Part shown: positions 39,261 through 52,812 of the stretch, one piece after another
How positions within the stretch are numbered: position 1 is the stretch's first letter
Layout of the letters: every line of letters begins with the position of its first letter
From: Heterodontus francisci
Lineage: Eukaryota
NCBI RefSeq assembly: GCF_036365525.1
Contig: NC_090397.1
Span: 69,693,781 to 69,757,780 of the forward strand
Length of the DNA: 64,000 bases
Direction: 5' to 3'
The notes under the pieces: model-generated
What the model was told of the DNA's origin: nothing
The model's input: the letters and a program-made list of their open reading frames with translations, nothing else
The model's database searches: none
Translations under genes and position numbers: made by a program

Positions 39261-40129
39261 TCATCACAGCCACTGATCTTTACAAGACCACAGCACAGCA
39301 AAGAGGTTTTTGATGCAAGAAAACTTCAGAGACACAGAAGCAAAGCCTTCAGCTTCAATATTTCATGCAGTGGTACAAGGGGCTGCTAATCCAAATACAA
39401 GACACAATCAAATGCAATGACTTCAACTGTGTGCCAACATCTTAGCATAACTCAACCAAGACTCAGTACCACTGCAAAACTACTCATCACATTCAACTCC
39501 TGGCCTCTTTTGTGCAGCTGTGCAACTGGAAGTACCAAACCTAGACAACTCACATTCTATTTACACGCAAAGGAACATCTACATATGTGAAATTATTTCA
39601 TTACCTTCACTATTAGTAGTAAAACATCCTGCCATTAATTAATGTTAACATGAATGTACTGTAGTCTAGTTCATGCAAGCAGTGGGTGAAACACGAAGCT
39701 GTGCACACGTATTAAAGAACAACATTACTGTGAACATACCATCTTAATCTAATGCTTTTTATGAAAAAGCTCCCCCACCCATTTTTATGAATAGAATAAT
39801 TTGCTTTCTCTTATTCAATGCGAGAAGATAAATAATGATAGAGGATGAAGATTCTAATGAAAAGGCAAGATGCACATATCCATCCTGTCATAGCTCAAGG
39901 GCTGCAAATGCCCTGTCTGTACAATAATATCCGCTTCATACTGTCAGCATGGATTACCAAACCAACCTTCAATGTAATTTAAAAAAAATTACTCTACTAA
40001 ACTTTATAGCAAAATTTACAGAAGCAACTACAGACCTTTAGTTAGCATTGTGCACTTTTACATTTAGTGTTTCGTGTAAGTGGAGCCTTGACTTTGTTTC
40101 TGCTTCATGATAAATCATAAAGGATACAG

Positions 40130-41700
40130 TTTTTAAAAAATTCATTCACAGGATGTGGGCGTCACTGGCTAGCCCAGCATTTATTGCCCATCCCTAATTG
40201 CCCTTGAGAAGGTGGTGGTGAGCTGCCTTCTTGAACCACTGCAGTCCATTTGGGGTAGGTATACCCACAGTGCTGTTAGGAAGGGAGTTCCAGGATTTTG
40301 ATCCAGCGACAGTGAATGAACAGTGATATAGTTCCAAGTCAGGATGGCGTGTGACTTGGAGGGGAACTTGCAGTTGGTGGTGTTCCCATGTATTTGCTGC
40401 CCTTGTCCTTCTAGTTGGTAGAGGTCGCGAGTTTGGAAGGTGCTGTCGAAGGAGCCTTGGTGCATTGTTGCAGTGCATCTTGTAAATGGTACACACTGCT
40501 GCCACTGTGCGTCGATAATGGAGGGAGTGAATGTTTAAGGGGCTGGATCGGGTGCCAATCAAGTGGCTGCTTTGTCCTGGGTGGAGCTTCTTACTGGAAT
40601 TGCACTCATCCAGGCAAGTGGAGAGTATTCCATCACACTCCTGACTTGTGCCTCGTGGACAGGCACTGGGGAGTCAGGAGGTGAGTTACTTGCCGCAGAA
40701 TTCCCATCCTCTGACCTGCTCTTGTAGCCACAGTAGTTATATGGCTACTCCAGTTCAGTTTCTGATCAATGGTAACCCCAACAACTCTGGTACATATCTT
40801 TGAGGATTCAGACTGGTCCAGTTAAGTTTCTGGTCAATGGTGACCCCCTCACCCCACCCCAGGATGTTGTTGGTGGGAGGAATTCAATGATGGTAATGCT
40901 GTTGAATGTCAAGGGGAAATGGTTAGATTCTCTTCTGTTGGAGATGGTCACTGTCTGGCATTCGTATGGTGCGAATGTTACTTGCCTCTTATCAGCCTAA
41001 GCCTGGATGTTGTCCAAGTCTTTTTTTTTTTAGAATTAGAACATTACAGCGCAGTACAGGCCCTTCGGCCCTCGATGTTGCGCCGACCTGTGAAACCATC
41101 TGACCTACACTATTCCATTTTCATCCATATGTCTATCCAATGACCACTTAAATGCCCTTAAAGTTGGCGAGTCTACTACTGTTGCAGGCAGGGCATTCCA
41201 CGCCACTACTACTCTCTGTGTAAAGAAACTACCTCTAACATCTGTCCTATATCTATCACCCCTCAACTTAAAGCTATGTCCCCTCGTGTTTGCCATCACC
41301 ATCCGAGGAAAAAGACTCTCACTATCCACCCTATCCAACCCTCTGATTATCTTATATGTCTCTATTAAGTCACCTCTCCTCCTCCTTCTCTCCAACGAAA
41401 ACAACCTCAAGTCCCTCAGCCTTTCCTCGTATTGCTGCATGCAGGCATGAACTGCTTCACTATCTGAGGAACAATCGGTGAATATCCCCACTTCTGACCT
41501 TATGATGGAGGGAAGGTCATTGATCACACAGCTGAAGATGGTTGGGCCTAGAACACTGCCCTGAGAAACTCCTGCAGCAATGTCCTGGGGCTGAGACAAT
41601 TGACCTCCCAACAACCATCTTCCTTTATCCCAGGTATGACACCAACCAGTGGAGAGTTTTCCTCTGGTTCCCACTGACTTCAATTTTACCAGAGCCAGAC
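40130..41700 (-). mobile_element. Family-B LINE 3' portion, interrupted by a CR1
   Basis: GVSQGSVLGPTIFSCVINDL, HSLHYRRTVAAV and 3'UTR. Confidence 0.88.
41030..41430 (-). mobile_element. Young CR1 3' fragment nested in the family-B LINE
   Basis: YEERLRDLRLFSLERRRRRGDLIETYKII..WNALP is uninterrupted. Confidence 0.9.
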
Positions 41701-41892
41701 GATCTAATTCACCTTTATAAGATGCATAATATAAAGTCTGCTGGCATTCACAACCTGGAACACAATATTTCACATTTTTATATACTGATGTAGGACATTT
41801 TAATGAAAATATTGCAAGATATCTACCAAATAAGAAGTATTTTTGTGCCTGTGATTGTTCTGATGGCACTATCAATTATGTCATGTCAATTA

Positions 41893-42026
41893 GTTCTGAT
41901 GAAGGGTCACTGACCTGAAAGGTTAACTCTGTTTCTCTCTCCACAGATGCTGCCAGACCTGCTGAGTATTTCTAGCATTTCTTGCTTGCATTTCAGATTT
42001 CCAGCATCTGCAGTATTTTGCTTTTA
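41893..42026 (+). mobile_element. Short Penelope-derived insertion with hammerhead motif and flanking duplication
   Basis: AGTT-CTGATGA-A-GGGTCACTGACCT-GAAA-GGTT-AACT; TATCAATTATGTC occurs at 41870-41882 and 42025-42037. Confidence 0.72.
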
Positions 42027-42084
42027 TCAATTATGTCCTTCCTCATTGGTTGCTTGTTGGGAAATTAAGACTGGTTAGTCTCTG

Positions 42085-42620
42085 GATAGCCTTGATTTTA
42101 AAATTCTCATCCCCGTTTTCAAATCCTTCCATGGCCTCACCCCCTCCCTATCCCACTAATTTCCTCCAGCCCTACAACCCTCCACGATGTCTGCGCTCCT
42201 CAAATTCTGGTCTCTTGCGCACCCTTGATATTAATCACTTTGCCATCGGCAGCCGTGCCTTCAGTTGCCAAGGCTCTAAACTCTGGGATTCCCTCCCTAA
42301 CCCTCTGTGCCTCTTTCCTCCTTTAAGACCCTCCTTATAACCTACCTCTTAGTCCAAGCTTTTGGTCATCTGTCCTGATATCTCTGTATGTGGCTCAGTG
42401 TTGAATTTTGTTTGATAATGCTCCCATTTTGGGAAAGAGATGAAGGGGAATATGAAGCAGATCTTTTTTATGCAGTGAGTGGTAATGACCTGGAACTCGC
42501 TGCCCACGAGTGTGGTGGAAGCGGAGACAATGAATGATTCCGAAAGGAAATTGGGGATGAAGTGCTTTGTGACATTTTACTACATTAAAGGTGCCATAAT
42601 AAATGCAAGTTGTTGTTGCG
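42085..42620 (+). mobile_element. L2 3' fragment with a small CR1 piece (42428-42555)
   Basis: GSRAFSCQGSKLWDSLP and an L2 tail. Confidence 0.78.
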
Positions 42621-43276
42621 GTTTTCCATTTCCAAATTCATTTGCTTTCTATTTTCATTTGCTTACCAATCAGATTCTGTAAATTCTTTCTTGTATCACA
42701 GGATCACAGAGGGGCTGAATGGCCTCCTTCTGTACTGCAACAATTCGGTGTACTGCAACACTTTCAACAATCACCAAAAAATCAAACTGCAGCAAATCAA
42801 CATACTGACACTTTGATAGTTCTTCACACGCCTGCTATATCTTCAGAAATATAACATAACAAACACAGAAAATAATTTCAGAAAAGATTGCAAATCTAAC
42901 CATAAATTTAATAATCGCATCTTCCAACTGCTCCAACCAGTTTCTCACTTGAACCTCACTGGCCTCATAAACATTTTCAACCATTGGTTAACTCTTTTCC
43001 AATACGTCACTGCCTTTCTCTCCCAGTGAGGCTTCAAGGTAAAGAATGCAGGCACACATGCAGCAGAGTGCGATCCCACTTTGGCTTTGCCATCCGGTTC
43101 CCAATTCCAGATTCCACCCCAGACCCTCAATGTTACCATTTGTTCCCTGCCCACCCCATGCGTGAAATGACTTTGCTTCTTTCTTCCTTCCCTCCTGTCA
43201 TAAACAGGTTCTGGAATTAACCAGTCACTGCTTTTCCATTCTGGCACCCCAAGTACAACACGAACCTCGCCAACTT

Positions 43277-43420
43277 TAAGGGCATTTAAGTGGTCATTGG
43301 ATAGACATATGGATGAAAATGGAATAGTGTAGGTCAGATGGTTTCACAGGTCGGCGCAACATCGAGGGCTGAAGGGCCTGTACTGCGCTGTAATGTTCTA
43401 ATTCTAATTCTAATCCTAAT
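43277..43420 (+). mobile_element. Very short CR1 3' end with (TTCTAA)n tail
   Basis: Near-identical inverted copy of 41031-41165. Confidence 0.85.
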
Positions 43421-43796
43421 AATTCTAATTCCCTGCACATTCCGTGGCAACCCGGAATATGATATTTGCTCCATTCCCTCTCTCCCTTCACTGCACAAAT
43501 GGATGACTTCAATGAAAAGCCAAGAGCAATTTAATCGCAACTCATAATGTTAAGTGGTAAGTAGATAACTTTAAAAAAACATAATAACAGCCACAGCTAG
43601 TTAAACACAAAGATAAATGTAATTTTTCCACATACAAACATATTTTAACACAATAGTGGCAATCAGAAAAGACGGATTATGAGAGTCAGCACATAAACTA
43701 AATCGAGATTTACAAGAAAAATGTTAAAATAGGTGTGGGGGGCAAAATATAAATGATTAAGAGTAATGCAGAAGATTATGTTGAGATGGTTTGCTT

Positions 43797-44112
43797 CATA
43801 GGAACATAGGAGCAGGAGTAGGCCATTCAGCCCATCGAGCCTGCCCATCATTCATGGCTGATCATCCACTTCAATGCCTTTTTCCCACACTATCCCCATA
43901 TCCCCCTATGTCATTTGTATTTAGAAATCTGTCAATCTCTGCTTTAAACATACTCAATGACTGAGCTTCCACAGCCCTCTGGGGTAGAGAATTCCAAAGA
44001 TTCACAACCCTCTGAGTAAATAAATTTCTCCTCATCTCTGTCCTAAGTGGCTTCCCCCTTATTTTGAAATTATGCCCCCTGGCTCTAGACTCCGCAACCA
44101 GGGAAAACATCT
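43797..44112 (-). mobile_element. CR1 3' fragment
   Basis: MRRNLFTQRVVNLWNSLPQ. Confidence 0.88.
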
Positions 44113-44400
44113 TTATTTAGAGATACAGCACTGAAACAGGCCCTTCAGCCCAACAACAGCTACCCATTTATACTAATCCTACATTAGTCCCATATTCCCT
44201 ACCACATCCACTCCATTCTCCTACCTACACTAGGGGAAATTTACAATGGCCAATTTACCTATCAACCTGCAAGTCTTTGGCTGTGGGAGGAAACCCACGC
44301 AGTCACAGGGAGAACTTACAAACTCCACACTGGCAGTACCCAGAACTGAACCTGGGTTGCTGGAGCTGTGAGGCTGCGGTGCTAACCACTGCGCCACCCT
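44113..44400 (-). mobile_element. V-SINE/HE1-like SINE
   Basis: Reverse complement of the 4004 family, with small deletions. Confidence 0.88.
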
Positions 44401-45202
44401 CATCTTATTTCATGTTTCTGTCTATGAGCAATACTGAGGGCGATCTAACAGTATTGATTTGAAACCCTCTACCCAGAAGCTTCCTACAATAACAATTGGA
44501 CTGATTGTACATGACATTCACAAGGTCTCAGTATACTGCTGTGTCCTACACTCATGAAAATACAGTTAAAACCAATGCTTGCAGGACGTGTGAAGCACAG
44601 TTATGTCCTGAATATTGCTGTATCTCTAATCAATGAAAGCTCCAACATCATGAGTCATGACTGGAAAAAATGTGTCACAGTTTGGGGAATTACAAAGAGC
44701 TGTCCGTAATGAGCTCGGCCAATAACTGGATTACGAAATGTCTTATTTCTGTAACAAGAGTCTCCTCTCAAGTATGTCTTGAAGAACAAGCCTACAGTTA
44801 CATTTCTCTCTAATCTGCTAAAGTGAAAAGTTATGAAACAGACTGTGGCTGTTTTGTGGGGAATGAAATTTGTCAGAAAACATTGCAAATCATGTCCGTG
44901 ACGCAATCCTGGAGGAAACCAATCTTTTTCCTAGTGTTTTTTTTTTAACCATTGCAACAATATGTTTCACAATATGGAAATAGCCCAGAATGTTGAGGTC
45001 TCAGACAATCTAGATGTTTCTGGAACAACCCACACTGTGCCAGAAAGAAGGTGTTAAAGTGTTAAAAAATGGGTTAATTCCTCATTACAATATCAGAAAA
45101 AGAAAGTTCATTCAAATGTGTTAAGTCTTCGTATGTTAATATCTGGTAACAATTCTCTAAAATATTTTTCTCTACACTAACAGCACCACAGAAGTAAAAT
45201 AC

Positions 45203-46118
45203 TATCATGCAGACCCCCCACCTGCCAAGAATGAGGCACATTAATTTTGTCATACAAACATTGATTTGAAAACTGTTGCTGAAGTGAAGAAATTACTTGT
45301 TTAAAAAAGAAATCACCAGGCCCTTGGCTGGCAAGACATTTGCACATTAACAGACTGTTCTTGTGGAGACAAAGGCGTTACTTCCCTTATCCAATTTAAC
45401 CCACAATGGACTTTGAGCACCAGACATTGAAGGTGAGAGAGTTCAAATTTCAGGATGACTGCTGGGATAACCGAAACCACAAACAGACGTGGTCCGATCA
45501 GCTGGTCATGTGACTAGCCTGCTTGGCAACCTGTTTTTTCTGAATTGTACAAACAGTTTGAACTCACAGACTACAGTATGCTCCTGGACTGAAGAAGAGC
45601 TCTCCTGTCTGTCTGCTCCCATCTCTTTCTCACGGAACTCCAAATCCACTGAAGACAAATGAATCCCAAGAGAGAAAAGTCTCCTACAGTGAACAAGGTT
45701 TAAGAAGACCAATGGGCCCCAACGAAGAGCAAGATCTACCTACAATCAAGGACTCTACAGTGAGCTCAAAGAACCATAACAAAAACCCTCTTCAGAGACT
45801 GCCTCAAACTTTTCCACTTTATTTCTTCTGCTCTTTTCTGTCTCTATCTGCACGTGTATCGCTTATGCACGCTAGCGTGGGTGCATTGTGTATCCGTAGG
45901 CATTAACCAAATTCGAGTTTAAGTTTAATAAAATATCAACCTTTCTTCTTTAAGCCTAAGAAAACCTGGTTTCTTTGCCTTATAATTGGAAAGTGGTGAG
46001 CAAGGATTCACCAATGGGGAGCTAAAAACACAGTATGTTTAAAATTAAACCCTGTTACAGTAAGACCAGGTAAAGGCTGAGAGGGAACCCTAGACCCCTT
46101 TCTCACCTGGTCGTAACA
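45203..46118 (+). mobile_element. Solo LTR (Gypsy- or ERV-type), ~916 bp
   Basis: Ends TCGTAACA; starts TATCATGC (a degenerate TGT..ACG terminus); AATAAA at ~45927; flanks ATAC and CTAC look like a 4-bp TSD with one mismatch; no internal ORF. Confidence 0.65.
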
Positions 46119-47999
46119 CTACAATGATTCACAACACTGAGGTCTTTCAGCAGGTTGGTGAGGGGCAGTCTTATATACTGCACACTGCTGTTCAGTCAAC
46201 TGAAAATCAATACAGCTTCATCTGCTCAAGGAATTTATTTTCTCTGCAGAAGGCTAGATATGATGAGGGAAAGCTTCACTGATTACAGGAAAAACTGTGG
46301 CTTCAATCAGTAAGTGACAGAATGTCCAATCTGTATATCATACGTTGACAGGTTACTCCACTATGACTGTATGGAAGTTAACTCCTTTCTTGACCATCTG
46401 AATTGTGATTTATAACTGAAGTATGTGAAAGCAGTGATGGACAAGTCCTGGCAGTTTGTCCCTTCATCATTGCAGGCTTCATCATTGTGCTTTGTCTCTG
46501 ATTGCCCAGTCTTGGCTATAGTTTGGGGATATGGTAGGTGGAGCTTATACCATATCTATTTAAGATGATGTGCCAGTGCACCATGATGGTAGCTGTATGG
46601 AATATTCTTATAAGAAATCTTACATTTCTAGATGAAGTATGAGACCTTTAAAAGTTTTGTCTGGAAGATGAAATGGCTGAAATCATCAGCCACTTGACTG
46701 CACATAAACAATCTTCCTACCCTGGGTAAGATGCAGATACCCCGACTAGTGACAATGCACTAATAGAATCTCCTGACCTTTATTAACCGAGAAACGAACA
46801 CCCATAGCACAAGATACAACAGAGAGCAAGACAGATGACAAGGTAGATGAGAAAGTAGTGATTCAGGGATCCGAAGCTTGAGTTTTAATATCCTGAAGAC
46901 TATAAAACAGTGAAAATGAGGGAAGCAAGAAATCTGACCATTCTGAGATTCGGAAAAAGTGTGTGTTAGAGTAGGAAACTGTACAATGAGCCTCTGTTTC
47001 AACATCGTGGCAAGATTGGAAGGGAGGAGCAAAAGCATATGGGATGCTACATCTGCAGCTTGAAGGAACCAAGAAAACAAAGCGCAAAGGAATACCAGTC
47101 ATATCGGATTTAATGGAATAGAGAAAACCAAGAAAGTTTGCTATAGAAAAGCTAATGGGAGACTAGAGGTGAGAAATGGAATTGACAATCATATCGCCCT
47201 GTAGTTTCTTTTATCCTGCCAGAGAGTATGAAAGAAGTGTTAGGCAAGATACTCCACTTTTGTTTAGACTTAGGCCTTTTAGCGAGTCAGTGCTGTGGAG
47301 GGGAAAGGAAGTGTGTTACATGCAGCAGAAGACCAAGAGGCAGTGTTAGCAATGAAGGAGGTTAAAAATAGCAAGATCAAGAGCATCGATAGGTGATGGA
47401 TGAAAAGCGGAGCCATCAAAGGTAAGTGTTGGTTAGACTAATTAGAAAAATGAAGACTAACAAGGCAAATCACGTACATTACATGAAATAGTCTGAAATG
47501 AGTTCAGAAAAAACAGGTTACGATTTTGAGACACACAGTGCAGGGAGGAAATTCTTTCACTGATTAATTAAAAGAGACCAGCTTTACAATGCTCCATAAA
47601 AGAGAATGCAAATCACCATGTGGTAGCTCAGCCACTGAAATGGGAGCGGATTGGAGATGTGAACACTGAAATCATGTGATCCAAACGAAATAGGCAAACA
47701 GTCTCAAACAAAATCATCAGCAAAAGAATCAACAGACTTGGATGCCGGTGAAAAGGAAACAAAGTGGGAGGTTATCTTGATTGCTTGAATAAACTTTAAC
47801 AGAATCTCCTAATATCTCATTAATATAATGTAAGGATTACACAACCTCATCAATGAGCTGATCTTCCCCAAACCTGCGAGAGATGTTTTTAATATTCTGA
47901 TTCAGAGCGGGTGAGACACAGACTTGGGCAAAGACGCCACAGTCCATTTTCACCCCAGCATCTGCAGGACTGACTGAATTAATTTAGTAAAATGATTCA

Positions 48000-48228
48000 A
48001 ACTCTGAAATTAGGAAACACTTCTTCACTCAAAGGGTGGGAGAAGTTTGGACCTCTCTTCCATAAACAGCAGTTGACGCTAGATCAATTGTTACTTTTAA
48101 ATCTGAGATCGATCAATTTTTGTTACCAAAGGTATTACGGCATATGGAGTTAGCTCACAGATCAGCCATGAACTCACTGAATGGCAGAACAGACTCGAGG
48201 GGCTGAATGGCTTCTCCTGTTCCTATGC
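48000..48228 (+). mobile_element. CR1 3' fragment
   Basis: Homologous to 13680-13978. Confidence 0.75.
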
Positions 48229-50203
48229 TTGGGAGGGACAAAGGTGTGTTATTTAATGAAGTACATCATTTACACTGTTTCTAACAATGGAAATTGTATT
48301 AAAAATATCAGTGTACTTCTGGGTAAAAGAACAGATCTCGAAGCAAGATAGGATATGTCAGCTAACTGCAAAATGTCAAATATGATACTAGTCGACATCC
48401 GCTCCCCACTAGCAATACACTAGATTTTAAAGACTCCAACAATATTTGCCTTTATCCTTCATTATCTAGCGAGTGCACGGCAACCATTGGTAAGCTTGTA
48501 ACTCAGCAATAGAAACAATTGAGATATGTGTTGGGAAAACATTTGAACAAATATAAATAAACTATGACCAATCTTGCAAAACATGAACTGATTACAAAGC
48601 ATATCATTTCCTGTTGAGGAAATAACAATTTGCTTGGTGTAGAACAATCACGCAACTCAACTTTTCAAAACCTTTGTCACGATGTCAAAACTTATTAATT
48701 TTCATTGTTAGCTGAGTTATTAAAGAATATTTCTATGAAATTAAATCATAATACACTATATACAGAGTTAGTGCAGCCACAGTGGGAGGAAACACAAACC
48801 CTCAGCCTTACAAAAGTGTGTGCACATAAAAATAGAATAAAGTCGATGGGTGGAACTGTTAGCTTTGTTGGCCGGCTATGTGGGCAGTAGCGGATCGACT
48901 GTCCATTCTACACACAATGCCTGATGTTCCTTTCCATGCAAAGAGACTGGACGAAATATCGGGCTGAATGCATAAGGGGCGGGTGATTTCTTACCAGCTG
49001 CTTCACTCCCCTTCTGAAGTTGAAAGTTACGGTGCACCAACATCTACTACCAATAAAACCTGAGCTTTTTTCATGCTGGGCTGAAACCAAGCAGCAGTTT
49101 TCTATCAACAAGCTTTAATCACTATTTTTTTGTAAAAACATGCCACCACTTTCCACACGATTGGTGACTGAAATAATTGAAGAATCCAATCAGTCTCAAT
49201 TGGGCTAAATGCCATATTCTGCCATTCATAAAATTCGCCACTAAAACAAGACAACTAGCCAACACTGTGCAACTTCATGGAAAGGTCAGTAAGATAAGTC
49301 TTGGGAATCATCGCGTAAACTGCTGCACTCAAAAAGATAGATCAGGGAACATATGTAACAGAGAAGGACCATTCACTCTCTCCGACTCACACCACGAAGC
49401 TGATTCTTTTTAGAACTCAAGACAGTTGTTTTTCTTTTAACCTTCTTCTTGCCCAAAACTCATACCCCTGTACTTTCGAGTGAATCAGGAACTGATCCAA
49501 TGCTCTTTTGTGTTCTTCAATAAAGTCAGTAATTTGACATTGCTGACAATTTCAACGTGCATGTGAGTTCCATGATTTGAGATAAAGTTCTAGCTTCATT
49601 GCAGTAATTCTAAATATGTAGAAAGCCATGCTTAAATTTCCTGTATGACCCACGAGCTGTTAAAAAATCATGGGGGCTAAATTGGATAGCCCCCAAAAAC
49701 GGGAGTGGGGATCAGGGTGTGTGATTACCCCACGACCGTTCAGTGTGATGCATCATTGTGCTGCCTGTTCACTGTCATATGATTTCTGCGCACAGCCAAT
49801 GTTAACCGTACTATTCACTGGCTGCACCCATCAGCAAGAGACCCAATGTTCTACTTGCTAAAACTACTTAAAGCTAGCCTCTACCTATTGGAGGGCAGGT
49901 GCACTGTGACTGTTGGGAGGTGCTGACCTCATTGGGAATTGTGCTGGCTAGCAAAGAACAATGGCCGACCATGGGGAGAACACGGGCGTCAGGGTTTTCA
50001 AACACCGCAGTAGAGATCTTGGCAGGGCCAAGTCTAAATGTTTGACCCTCTTGTCCTCTGTCGTAATTTAATATTTCGGATTCACCTTATGCATGTGGTT
50101 CACAGCTTTGTGCATCTCTGTAAGATCATCTCTCAGCTGTCACTTTTCAAGGCTGTACAGACTACGTTTCTCCAGTCTTTCCTCTTAATTGCAACCCGCA
50201 AGG

Positions 50204-50657
50204 CAGTGGCTCTCAAACTTTTGGTTAAAGGACCCCTTTTCAAATAGATTAGTAATTATGACACCCCTCCCCCCCCCATCTGAACTATAATATATAAAAC
50301 TCATAAGATGAAAGTGCTGCATATAAAGAATGTTTTCATAATTCTTTTAAGAAAACAGCTATTTAATCTCTGCCACTCTCATGCTCCTCCTTGTGTGCTT
50401 TCCTCCAAGGTGAGACAGGCAGCCCAACAACAACTTATATTTATGTAGCACCTTTAACGCAATAAAACGACTCAAGGTGCATCACAGAGGCATTATAAGC
50501 AAAATAATAAAACAAAAAATGAAACAGAGCCCAATCTGTGCTGCACATGTGACGGCCGCACTCCATTCCATCTTGCACTTTGACATTATTTAGTGGACTG
50601 CCTGCAAGGTCTCTCCAGAACCCGGGGGATCCGCAGAGTCCATTCTGAAAACCACTG
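50204..50657. mobile_element. hAT/Charlie-like non-autonomous DNA transposon inside an old minus-strand CR1 (~50040-51420)
   Basis: Terminal inverted repeats CAGTGGCTCTCAAA and TCTGAAAACCACTG; the right flank CTCTATGG resembles a Charlie target site; the TSD is eroded. Confidence 0.6.
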
Positions 50658-51711
50658 CTCTATGGCCAGGGATCAGTGTGTGTTTCTTCTTCTCACCATC
50701 TCTGAGGCTTCAACGTCTCTCTTATGTTTTGATGTCCATTACTTAAGGTGCAGACTGAGCAGAGCTCTGCACACTTTGATCATGACTTCCCACTGTGCTG
50801 TAATCTACTAATTGGACTACATAGTTCAATAGCCTGATGACTTCCTTAATTTCTACTGGTTGGACATTTTGATCAGAGTCTAATTAGGGCCCAATTTTAA
50901 CTCACTCAAAACCCATTCACTCATACAGAGTTAAAATTGGACCCAAAGACTCCAAAGTCTTTTTCAACTTCAGCAATAGTTATTTCAGTGTCTTTAATGG
51001 AGTGTGCCGGTCATTCATTTTTTTCTTCCTCTACAGTATTTGGCTGTGTTACATTTCATTGCTATTGCTTTGCCCACTTTTTTTTATTTCTTTCTGTAAT
51101 TTCTGAACTACCTTCTCTGATTCCACTGCCCCTCTCTGGTTTGCTATCACCTGCAAATTTGACCAATTTGCATTGGGTTTCTCAACTGTTATAAATTAGG
51201 GACAGCAGTGGTCCAACACTGACCTTTGATACACCCCACTCAGTACTTCTCCTACCCTGATGTAACTGCTCGAACAATTTCTATTATGTTCTACCCTTCA
51301 ACCAATTTTCTATCCACTTCCTGCAGCCCTACAACTTTGTGTTTAAGGAATAACCTTTTGTGTGGAAGTTTGTCAAATGCTATCTGGCAGCCTCAGTGTA
51401 ACATGTTGTATCTTCGGCCACACTAACAATCAATTTGTCTTTGCAACTGCTACAGTGCAAAGCATTTGATATTTTGCTTCACCGTCATCTTATCTTTGGT
51501 TGACCTTGCTGAATGAAACAATTTTCATTTTGTCACTGTATCTGCTGTCTCTAAGGTTAACTTGCATTTGCCAAAATATTTTCTTTGAATTTTACCCACG
51601 GAAGTGTAAGATAGTGTACAGCAAACTTTGTTTAAAATATGATGCAAATGTAGCGTATGTCACCACTGGCAACACTGGTAAACAATGCTAGATGGGTGAT
51701 CTCTAATCAGT

Positions 51712-52812
51712 CTCTTTTGGGCCTCCTTATCTCGAGAGACAATGGGTAAGCGCCTGGAGGTGGTCAGTGGTTTGTGAAGCAGCGCCTGGAGTGGCTATCA
51801 AGGCCAATTCTAGAGTGACAGGCTCTTCCACAGGTGCTGCAGAGAAATTTGTTTGTCGGGGCTGTTACACAGTTGGCTCTCCCCTTGCGCCTCTGTCTTT
51901 TTTCCTGCCAACTGCTAAGTCTCTTCGACTCGCCACTCTTTAGCCCCGTCTTTATGGCTGCCCGCCAGCTCTGGCGAACGCTGGCAACTGACTCCCACGA
52001 CTTGTGATCAATGTCACAGGATTTCATGTCACGTTTGCAGACGTCTTTAAAGCGGAGACATGGACGGCCGGTGGGTCTGATACCAGTGGCGAGCTCGCTG
52101 TACAATGTGTCTTTGGGGATCCTGCCATCTTCCATGCGGCTCACATGGCCAAGCCATCTCAAGCGCCGCTGACTCAGTAGTGTGTACAAGCTGGGGATGT
52201 TGGCCGCCTCGAGGACTTCTGTGTTGGAGATACGGTCCTGCCACCTGATGCCAAGTATTCTCCGGAGGCAGCGAAGATGGAATGAATTGAGACGTCGCTC
52301 TTGGCTGACATATGTTGTCCAGGCCTCACTGCCATAGAGCAAGGTACTGAGGACACAGGCCTGATACACTCGGACTTTTGTGTTCCGTGTCAGTGCGCCA
52401 TTTTCCCACACTCTCTTGGCCAGTCTGGACATAGCAGTGGAAGCCTTACCCATGCGCTTGTTGATTTCTGCATCTAGAGACAGGTCACTGGTGAGAGTTG
52501 AGCCTAGGTAGGTGAACTCTTGAACCACTTCCAGAGCGTGGTCGCCAATATTGATGGATGGAGCATTTCTGACGTCCTGCCCCATGATGTTCGTTTTCTT
52601 GAGGCTGATGGTTAGGCCAAATTCATTGCAGGCAGCCGCAAACCTGTCGATGAGACTCTGCAGGCACTCTTCAGTGTGAGATGTTAAAGCAGCATCGTCA
52701 GCAAAGAGGAGTTCCCTGATGAGGACTTTCCGTACTTTGGACTTTGCTCTTAGACGGGCAAGGTTGAACAACCTGCCCCCTGATCTTGTGTGGAGGAAAA
52801 TTCCTTCTTCAT
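51712..52812 (-). mobile_element. RTE-clade (BovB-like) LINE, 5'-truncated, with an open reading frame
   Basis: 351-aa ORF with GRLFNLARL, LLFADDAAL, FTYLGS, LLYGSEAWT, RLRWLGHV and a C-terminal CSTC..H..H finger. Confidence 0.93.

Noticed and set aside
41105-41875. 256-aa ORF as a novel gene
   Set aside because: It is a chance in-frame chimera of a family-B LINE RT fragment and a nested CR1.
48990-49070. Possible additional minus-strand exon with donor CTG|GTAAGA
   Set aside because: The nearest ATG gives phase 1, which does not fit the phase-0 FRMD4 junction. The acceptor is weak and the peptide is not recognisable.
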